This document shows positions 30,288 through 37,000 of a DNA stretch of 39,584 nucleotides, in pieces (the stretch's first letter is position 1; each line of letters starts with the position of its first letter). Location: contig DAHVNA010000017.1 of assembly GCA_027319565.1 (NCBI GenBank), forward strand, positions 1 through 39,584, given 5' to 3'. A model generated the notes under the pieces. The model was not told the origin of the DNA, searched no databases, and worked only from the letters and a program-made list of their open reading frames with translations. The DNA is from Elusimicrobiota bacterium. Its GTDB lineage: Bacteria > Elusimicrobiota > Elusimicrobia > UBA1565 > UBA9628. The position numbers and the translations under genes are program-made.

Positions 30288-31090
30288 TGTCTATTCATTC
30301 AACCGCCGTCATTGATCCCAATGCGCAAATAGATTCTAGCGCCGATATCGGCCCGTACGCGGTCATCGGTCCTCACACCAAGATTGGAGCCGGCTGCATT
30401 GTTGGCTCTCATGCCGTCATCGAAAGAACCCAGATGGGCAAGAATAACCGAATTTTCCCCGGCGCCTATGTCGGCGGGGCGCCCCAAGACCTTAAATTTT
30501 CGGGCGAAGAAACCCTTCTGATCATGGGGGATTCCAATACGGTTCGGGAATGCGTCACCTTAAACCGCGGGACCCATGCCACCGGAAAAACCGTGATTGG
30601 ATCTAATTGTCTCTTCATGGCTTATTCCCATGTCGCTCATGATTGCGTGATCGGAAATCACGTGATTTTCGCCAATTCGGTCGCGATGGCGGGCCATATC
30701 GAGGTGGGAGATTTTACCGTGGTCGGCGGGCTTGCGGCCGCCCATCAACATACCAGAATTGGCCGTTTGTGCATGATTGGGGGGGGCGCGATGATCCCCA
30801 AGGACGTTCCGCCTTTTTGCATGGTCCAGGGAGACCGGGCGACGCTCAAGGGCCTTAATCTTTTAGGGCTTCGCCGCGCCGGGGTTTCTCCCTCGGCGGT
30901 CAAAATGATTAAAGAGGGTTACCGCGTTCTCTTTATGTCCGGCATGCCCTTGGAAGAGGCGCTTTCCCAGGCGGAGTCGATTCGTTGCGCGGAAGTGCGC
31001 GAGATGATCTCTTTTATCCGCTCTTCCAAACGCGGAGTGATTCGACCCGCTCCCCGCGGGGCTCAGCAGGAAGAGGAAGTTGCCGTTTAA
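30287..31090 (+). CDS. lpxA: Acyl-ACP--UDP-N-acetylglucosamine O-acyltransferase
   Basis: 'IHSTAVIDP', 'PQDLKF', 'RECVTLNRGT', 'SHVAHDC', 'HQ', 'GLNLLGLRR'. Confidence 0.97.
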   Translation: MSIHSTAVIDPNAQIDSSADIGPYAVIGPHTKIGAGCIVGSHAVIERTQMGKNNRIFPGAYVGGAPQDLKFSGEETLLIMGDSNTVRECVTLNRGTHATGKTVIGSNCLFMAYSHVAHDCVIGNHVIFANSVAMAGHIEVGDFTVVGGLAAAHQHTRIGRLCMIGGGAMIPKDVPPFCMVQGDRATLKGLNLLGLRRAGVSPSAVKMIKEGYRVLFMSGMPLEEALSQAESIRCAEVREMISFIRSSKRGVIRPAPRGAQQEEEVAV

Positions 31091-31108
31091 AATTAAAAGA
31101 AGGGTGTC

Positions 31109-32623
31109 ATGCCTTCGGTCTTAAAACGCGCCGTTTGCATCCACGGCCATTTCTATCAGCCTCCTCGAGAAAGCCCTTGGACCGGCCGCATTGAACGCCA
31201 AGAATCCGCCGGAGATTATCACGATTGGAATGAGAGAATAGCCGCCGAATGTTATGCCCCCAATATCGAAGCTCGGATTATGGGGCCCAATGGACAAGTT
31301 CTAAAGCGCCTTAACAATTACGGCCTCATCAGTTTTAATTTTGGTCCCACCTTGATGATGTGGCTTGAAAAAGAAAACCCGGCGGCCTACGCCAAAATTA
31401 TCGCCGCCGATCGTGAAAGCTCGCGGCGTCTTAATGGACATGGAAACGCCATCGCCCAAGCCTTTGTCCATCTGATTTTGCCGTTGGCCGACCCTCGCGA
31501 CCAGAGAACGGTTCTCTATTGGGGAATTGCGGATTTTAAACGACGTTTTGGCCGGGAACCGGAAGCCTTGTGGCTGCCGGAAACCGCTTGCGACGATCAG
31601 GTCTTAAGCCTTTTGATTGATTTCAAAATGAAATATCTCATTTTGTCTCCCAGCCAAGCCGAGCGGGTCCGGCCGCTTAAAAACCAAGGGCCCTGGTGGA
31701 ATGTCTCGGACGGTTCTATTGATCCCAAGAAACCCTATCGCTGGTTTGATCCCAAGAGCGCGCGAAAACACTTTATCGACATCTTCTTTTATGACGGGCC
31801 TATTTCGGCTGCGATTTCTTTTGAGAAATTGATGTCTGATGCGAAGGTTTGCGCGGACAGGATTGTTCAAGCTTTTGGCGGGGATGCGGAAGACGGCCTT
31901 GTTTCGATGGCGACCGACGGTGAGATATACGGACATCATCATAAATTCGCGGAGATGGGTTTAGCCTACCTCTTGAGCGAAGAATTGCCGAAAAGAAAAA
32001 TTGAAGTCGTCAATTATGGATATTTTCTGTCCAAGAATCCGCCCTTGTGGGAAGTTCAAATTAAATCCGGACCGCAAGGCTTGGGAACTTCCTGGAGTTG
32101 CTCGCATGGCGTGGGGCGTTGGTTTCTCGATTGCGGCTGCGGCTCGGAGGGAAAAAGCCAAAGATGGAGAACGCCCTTAAGGCAGGCCTTAAACACTCTT
32201 AAATCCCGCCTTGACGAGGTGACCATTGACAAAGGGCAGGGACTATTCAAAGATGTTTGGTTAGCCCGCAATGATTATGGAGAAATACTGAGCGCTCAAG
32301 TCTCTCAGTTGCCGGATTCATTTATCCATCGCCATTTATTGAAAAAATCTGCTTTGGATGTGAAGCGGGCTTTCCAGCTCATGGAAATGCAGAAATTTTC
32401 CCTCTATATGTTCACCAGTTGTGGATGGTTTTTTTCCGATATCGCGGGGCTTGAGGCGGTTCAAAATCTTAAATACGCCCGACGGGCGATAGAGCTGGCT
32501 GAGGAAATCTCAGGCCAAAACCTTGAGCCGGAGTTTTTAGAAATACTGGCCCAAGCTCCGGGCAATGACCCCAAATTCCCTGACGGGTTTGCGGTCTATG
32601 AGGATTTAGCCTCCCGGGGGTAA
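31109..32623 (+). CDS. Glycoside hydrolase family 57 protein (DUF3536-containing)
   Basis: 'IHGHFYQPPRE.PW', 'HDWNERI..ECY', 'WLPETA', 'ATDGEIYGHH', 'SWSCSHGVGRW', 'MFTSCGWFF'. Confidence 0.92.
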   Translation: MPSVLKRAVCIHGHFYQPPRESPWTGRIERQESAGDYHDWNERIAAECYAPNIEARIMGPNGQVLKRLNNYGLISFNFGPTLMMWLEKENPAAYAKIIAADRESSRRLNGHGNAIAQAFVHLILPLADPRDQRTVLYWGIADFKRRFGREPEALWLPETACDDQVLSLLIDFKMKYLILSPSQAERVRPLKNQGPWWNVSDGSIDPKKPYRWFDPKSARKHFIDIFFYDGPISAAISFEKLMSDAKVCADRIVQAFGGDAEDGLVSMATDGEIYGHHHKFAEMGLAYLLSEELPKRKIEVVNYGYFLSKNPPLWEVQIKSGPQGLGTSWSCSHGVGRWFLDCGCGSEGKSQRWRTPLRQALNTLKSRLDEVTIDKGQGLFKDVWLARNDYGEILSAQVSQLPDSFIHRHLLKKSALDVKRAFQLMEMQKFSLYMFTSCGWFFSDIAGLEAVQNLKYARRAIELAEEISGQNLEPEFLEILAQAPGNDPKFPDGFAVYEDLASRG

Positions 32624-32860
32624 GGTCGACTGGTTAGCCATGGACTGCGGCTCGCATTGTCCGCCTTGTCCGGGAACGGGAACATATCCTTGAGGACAAT
32701 TAGTCGCCGGATATCCGCACCCGGCCGATTGACCGGCGCCGGGGCCGCCCGAGGCTCCCATGGCTCCGCCACCCATTCCTCCGCTTCCGCAGCCAAAGAC
32801 TCCCGAGAGAACCATTCCAACCGTTGCGGTGATTACGGCGTAAGAAATTCGTTTGACCAT
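32606..32860 (-). CDS. Small Gly-rich, Cys-containing lipoprotein
   Basis: GGAGG SD, near-consensus promoter upstream, n/h-region and lipobox 'VFGC'. Confidence 0.7.
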   Translation of the reverse strand: MVKRISYAVITATVGMVLSGVFGCGSGGMGGGAMGASGGPGAGQSAGCGYPATNCPQGYVPVPGQGGQCEPQSMANQSTLPPGG

Positions 32861-32877
32861 AAAATCCTCCCAACCCT

Positions 32878-32906
32878 AGTGTAAGCCCCGGAATGCCGTT
32901 TGTCAA
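32878..32906 (-). promoter_or_regulatory. Sigma70 promoter for the small lipoprotein
   Basis: TTGACA-N17-TACACT. Confidence 0.75.
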
Positions 32907-32979
32907 GAACAGGGCGGGTTTTTTACCAATTTTTTACGAATGGGGGCCTGTCCCTATTTTCTTTAAATCCCTTTAAATT

Positions 32980-33063
32980 TGCGCGAGGAGGGATTTGAAC
33001 CCTCAAGGCCTTGCGGCCACACGGTCCTGAGCCGTGCGCGTCTGCCAGTTCCGCCACCCGCGC
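32980..33063 (-). tRNA. tRNA-Leu (CAG)
   Basis: GCGCGGG/CTCGCGC acceptor stem, anticodon arm CACGG-CTCAGGA-CCGTG, long variable arm, GTTCAAATC T loop. CCA not encoded. Confidence 0.97.
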
Positions 33064-33087
33064 GTGAGTCTATTTTACAAAATGATT

Positions 33088-33846
33088 CTAATTATCGAGG
33101 CGGAAAATCATTTGTTGGGCGATTTTAACGGCGATAGGCCCCTGTGCGTTTCGGGCGGGAGAAAATTTCATCAGCCGCGCCACTTGTTTGGCCGCTTCGT
33201 TAAAATCGGCGGCGGCGGGTTTAAGAATATCGACCCCGGTGACCTGTCCGTCAATTCCGATATGGATGGCGACTAAAACGCTCGCTTCTTGGCCTTTTTC
33301 TCTTTCCGCTTTTGGGTAGAACCTCTCAAGATTTTTAAGCACCTCGTTTAGATTTAAAAGTTTTGGCGGAATAATTCCTGCGGGAGAACCGCCGTTGCCG
33401 GTTCCCGTGGGAGAGCCGTAATTAGCGCCCTTTCCGGAGCCCCCAGCGAGCGGAGAGGTCCCGGTTCCCGTTTTGGTTCCTCCCGGGGTGCTTGGTTTTT
33501 GGGGCGGAAGGGGAATGGTCTTTTGAGTATTTTTAGTGGGAAGAGTCCAAGTCTTGGGAGTAGGCGGCGGCGTTTTCGGCGGCGGGGTTTTAGGCGCCAC
33601 TTGAGCTGGAAGCGGGGAGGCTTTGATGACCTGTCGTTTAGGGGCGCCTAGTTTTTTAGGGCCGGTTCCAATAACGGGATTAGTCAAATCGACTTCGATG
33701 GGAGAATTTGAATTTTTTTTGAAATGGAAGTTAAGGCTTAAAGCGAGCAGCAGGGCGTGAAGGGCCGCGGACAATAATAGGCATTGCGGCCAGCTGAGCG
33801 TCGGAATTTTTTTAGGGGGGGCCTGGGGCTTAAGTTTTTGATTCAC
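33088..33846 (-). CDS. tonB: TonB family energy transducer
   Basis: TM 'LLSAALHALLL' (S..H motif), Pro/Lys-rich spacer, C-terminal 'YPKAEREKGQE...FNEAA...FSPA'. Confidence 0.9.
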   Translation of the reverse strand: MNQKLKPQAPPKKIPTLSWPQCLLLSAALHALLLALSLNFHFKKNSNSPIEVDLTNPVIGTGPKKLGAPKRQVIKASPLPAQVAPKTPPPKTPPPTPKTWTLPTKNTQKTIPLPPQKPSTPGGTKTGTGTSPLAGGSGKGANYGSPTGTGNGGSPAGIIPPKLLNLNEVLKNLERFYPKAEREKGQEASVLVAIHIGIDGQVTGVDILKPAAADFNEAAKQVARLMKFSPARNAQGPIAVKIAQQMIFRLDN

Positions 33847-34244
33847 AGGCTTTTAACTTCAAGCCCTATTTTGTGGATTCCAGAACCGCGAATGAGATCT
33901 AAAAGAGACACGATTTTTCCGTAGGCGACTGTTTTGTCGGCCGCGAGAGTGACGCGGGTATCTGGATTTAACTCCACCATCTGGGTGAGGGTTTGAACGA
34001 GTTGGGCGGAAGTAACGGGTTTTCCGGAAAAATAAATTTGGGTTTTTGAATCCATCGAGATTTCAAGGGCCTTGGTGGCCGTGTGAGAATGGTGCGCGGC
34101 CTTGGGGACATCGATTTTAATAGTTCGATGGGCGATCATGGGGGCGGTGACCATGAAGATAATCAGCAAAACCAAGACCACGTCCACCAGCGGAGTGATA
34201 TTGATTCCGGTCATGGGGCCGGAGGTTTTTCCGGGAACTTGCAT
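33843..34244 (-). CDS. exbD: Biopolymer transporter ExbD/TolR
   Basis: 'INITPLVDVVLVLLIIFMVTAP', 'ADKTVAYG'. Confidence 0.93.
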   Translation of the reverse strand: MQVPGKTSGPMTGINITPLVDVVLVLLIIFMVTAPMIAHRTIKIDVPKAAHHSHTATKALEISMDSKTQIYFSGKPVTSAQLVQTLTQMVELNPDTRVTLAADKTVAYGKIVSLLDLIRGSGIHKIGLEVKSL

Positions 34245-34248
34245 GTCC

Positions 34249-34836
34249 TTATTCGGAACGCGATCGGATCGAAACGATTAACGACTCGGTTCCGGAGAGA
34301 ATTTTCTGAACCTTGTCTTGAAAATAGTTATAGCTGATGACGCAGGGAATGGCGACAAACAGCCCGATAGCGGTGGTGACCAGGGCTTCGGAGAGGCCTT
34401 TCATGACGACTTCGGGTCCGGCCCCGCTTTGAGATAAATCATGAAAGGCTTTGATGACGCCTAAGACCGTTCCCAAAAGCCCGATAAAGGGGGCGTTCGA
34501 TCCCAGAGTTCCTAAAATAAGCAGTCTTTTTTCAAGGAGATTTTTTTCGGGCCAGCTTTTGGCCGCGAAGAGTTCGCTGCTAAACGGGTTTTTTCTGGAG
34601 CGATCGGTCAAGGCTTCGGCCAATAATCGGCTGGAGGAACCGTCGAATTGGGAAAGATCAATTTTTTCGTTTCCCGCTAGTAAAGCGTTTTGGAGCCCAA
34701 GAAATGCGGCTTCTTCTCTTTTGAGAAATAGTCCGCGTTCAATAATGACCGCCAAGGCCAGAATGGAACAGGCAATCAGCGCCCAGATGATCCAATCTCC
34801 GCCGCTAAAAGCGAGGGCTTTTAAAATTGCGAGCAT
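34249..34836 (-). CDS. exbB: MotA/TolQ/ExbB proton channel
   Basis: 'GTLGSNAPFIGLLGTVLG', 'GLSEALVTTAIGLFVAIP'. Confidence 0.93.
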   Translation of the reverse strand: MLAILKALAFSGGDWIIWALIACSILALAVIIERGLFLKREEAAFLGLQNALLAGNEKIDLSQFDGSSSRLLAEALTDRSRKNPFSSELFAAKSWPEKNLLEKRLLILGTLGSNAPFIGLLGTVLGVIKAFHDLSQSGAGPEVVMKGLSEALVTTAIGLFVAIPCVISYNYFQDKVQKILSGTESLIVSIRSRSE

Positions 34837-34853
34837 ATCATTTCGTTAGAACC

Positions 34854-35723
34854 CTAAGGCTTTCTGTATTTTTCCATTTTCAGCAGAGCCCAGCACAGTT
34901 CTGCTTGAACGGAGGGGTTGGTCTCGGTGTAAAGTTGCGGTTGGATGAGGGAAAAAACGTCGTTGTGTCCCATCTCCCCGAGATAATGAGTGGCAAAGGC
35001 GCGGGTAAACCAATCCATATCCTGATAGTGGTGGAGAAGGGTTTCGCGTCCAAAGGTATTTCCTAATTCCCAGGCCAGGTGCGAGGCATAGAGCTTGACC
35101 GCGAGAGAGGGGTCCACTTGTGCAGCGGTATAAATAATAGAGCTGATGTTGGAATCGGGTTGGCCATTGGCCATGATGTAAAGCGCTTCCATGGCGGTAA
35201 AGCGCACCGTGACATTGGTGTTTTGGAGCGCAGATTGGAAAAGCGGGATAAACTGCTGGTCATGCGTATAGGCTAAGGCGTCAAGGGCAAGAGCCTGGAT
35301 CTGCACGTTGGTCCCGGTCTGAATAATGGTCTGGAGGGAATTTTGAAGCGTGAGGTCTTTAGTTCCCGCCAGCCCTTCGGTGAGAAGAAAGCCCAGTTCG
35401 GTGTAGCGGGTTTGAAGGTTATAGCCGTCCAAGGTGGTCAGATTGGCCAAATTGGTCAAGGAAGGGTCCAATTGTTCTTGGGCGTTGGGCCTCAGATTGG
35501 GTAGTTGAAGAAGGCGCAGCAAGTTCGCGTTGATTTGGGGATCCAAAACGGCGTTGGGGGGCAATTTGAGCCTCGGGGCCGTGATGATGAGGGGTTCAAG
35601 CTCAAGAATGGGAGCTGCGGCCTCGGGCGAGGATGCCGCCGGTGGCGTCGCGGGCGAAGGCGCGTTCTGAGCGCGAACGCTTCTCGCTAGAAAGAGTGCG
35701 CAAACAAAAATTATTTTTTTCAT
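34854..35723 (-). CDS. Secreted HEAT-repeat protein
   Basis: Signal 'MKK...SVRA'; HEAT-like 'VQIQALALDALA', 'VTVRFTAMEAL', 'WFTRAFATHYLG'. Paralogous to 35720-36631. Confidence 0.8.
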   Translation of the reverse strand: MKKIIFVCALFLARSVRAQNAPSPATPPAASSPEAAAPILELEPLIITAPRLKLPPNAVLDPQINANLLRLLQLPNLRPNAQEQLDPSLTNLANLTTLDGYNLQTRYTELGFLLTEGLAGTKDLTLQNSLQTIIQTGTNVQIQALALDALAYTHDQQFIPLFQSALQNTNVTVRFTAMEALYIMANGQPDSNISSIIYTAAQVDPSLAVKLYASHLAWELGNTFGRETLLHHYQDMDWFTRAFATHYLGEMGHNDVFSLIQPQLYTETNPSVQAELCWALLKMEKYRKP

Positions 35724-36631
35724 TGACTGGCCATCTTTTTAGGAAATAGTTTAATGGCGGCGATGCAGTCTTCCGCAACGACAAAATTATATTGCTGCTC
35801 TTGATTGATCCGGTTGACTAGTCGATCGTAATCGCTGGCGTCGCCGTAATCTCCTAAATATTGCGCGGCCATCGCGCGGACAACCCAACTAGGATTATTC
35901 AAAAAAGAACGGAGCATCGGAACGCCGCTGGGATCTCCCAGGCGCGCTAAAAGCCCGGTGGCGTAAACGTTGAGAATTGGGATTCCTTCTCTGTTGGGAT
36001 CGGTTTCGCTCTTTAATAAAGGAATGGCGTGTTGCGGATGGCCCCAAACCGCCAGCGCTTCCATCGCTCCAAAGCGTACCCCGGAATGGAAATAGAGAAG
36101 AGCTTCTTTAAATACGGGCTCATCGGCGAGATTATGCTGATTGGCCAAAATAATCAAGGCCTCCGAGCGAACTTCGTAATTGGTGCTCCAACGCGCCATG
36201 GTGACAAGTTCTTTTCGAATGCGTGGATTACCTGTATCAACCGATAAGGCCTCGGTGATGGGAATTCCGATATGGGTATAGTGGTTTCTGAGGCGAAATC
36301 CCGTTGGGGTTCCAATGCTGATGATGTCCCCAAGCGGAGTGCCGCTGGTGTTATTGAGGGTCACGGTCTCTTGATTGAGATTGTCGAAAAGATTGACGAG
36401 GGTGCTGGTAATTAAGGGATCGGTTTGCGCGGTTTGGGTGGAACTGACCACGGCGGGCGTTGCCCCAGGTTGCGCCGCTTGTCCGGCGCCTGCGGCTCCG
36501 GGCGTTCCAGGTTGGGGAACGCAGGAAGAAAGAGCGAGTACCGCTAAAGATAAGATGGCGAGGGACAGGATCGAACTGTCGACACCTGGTTTTTCAGACC
36601 AGTGCTCTACCACTGAGCTACCTCGCCTCAT
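35720..36631 (-). CDS. HEAT-repeat lipoprotein whose N-terminal coding region contains tRNA-Phe
   Basis: Lipobox 'LSSC' at codon 37; HEAT-like 'EVRSEALIIL', 'GVRFGAMEAL', 'WVVRAMAAQYLG'; stop overlaps the next ATG. The only canonical starts before the lipobox are ATG 36631 and GTG 36613 (inside the tRNA). Confidence 0.8.
   Translation of the reverse strand: MRRGSSVVEHWSEKPGVDSSILSLAILSLAVLALSSCVPQPGTPGAAGAGQAAQPGATPAVVSSTQTAQTDPLITSTLVNLFDNLNQETVTLNNTSGTPLGDIISIGTPTGFRLRNHYTHIGIPITEALSVDTGNPRIRKELVTMARWSTNYEVRSEALIILANQHNLADEPVFKEALLYFHSGVRFGAMEALAVWGHPQHAIPLLKSETDPNREGIPILNVYATGLLARLGDPSGVPMLRSFLNNPSWVVRAMAAQYLGDYGDASDYDRLVNRINQEQQYNFVVAEDCIAAIKLFPKKMASQ
36556..36627 (-). tRNA. tRNA-Phe (GAA)
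   Basis: GGCGAGG/CCTCGCC-A acceptor; D arm GCTC-AGTGGTA-GAGC; anticodon arm CTGGT-CTGAAAA-ACCAG; T arm GACAG-TTCGATC-CTGTC. CCA not encoded. Confidence 0.97.
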
Positions 36632-36763
36632 ATCCTTGATTCTACAATACTTTCCAACGCTTTGCGATTTCTTTAACGGAAAAAATGTTTTTGGGGTAGG
36701 TTGGCATGGCTATTGCTTGATATTGTCGCGCTAGTGTAGTGAGTTGGATACCATTTTAGATTC

Positions 36764-36825
36764 GTCGCCCCGGCGAAAGCCGGGGTCCAGACATATTCAT
36801 AGATTCCAACTTTCGTCGGAATGAC
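36764..36825. repeat. 62-bp REP-like palindromic element, copy 2
   Basis: GTCGCCCCGGC-GAAA-GCCGGGGTCCA...TAGATTCCAAC-TTTC-GTCGGAATGAC, matching 9834-9895. Confidence 0.85.
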
Positions 36826-36926
36826 AACGAGTCAAATGTAAAGAAGCATTGGGATCGCTACTCTCGCCTAGACGAGCGGTATAAGTTCCAGCGAGAGTTT
36901 CCGCAGTTCATTATACCCGCCAAAAT

Positions 36927-36966
36927 TAGGTCCTTTGCCGGAAGCGATATGGGACTTTAGACCCAT
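36927..36966 (+). promoter_or_regulatory. Two-box palindromic upstream motif
   Basis: TAGGTCCTTTGCCGGA-N7-TGGGACTTTAGACCCAT, ending 34 nt before ATG 37001. Near-identical boxes at 39524-39563. Confidence 0.75.
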
Positions 36967-37000
36967 GCGCTTGAGCTGAGATATCGGCATAATAAGGGAC

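Noticed and set aside
32980..36627. Possible genomic island between two tRNAs
   Set aside because: No integrase, no duplicated tRNA 3' end (att site) seen, and the content is envelope housekeeping-like.
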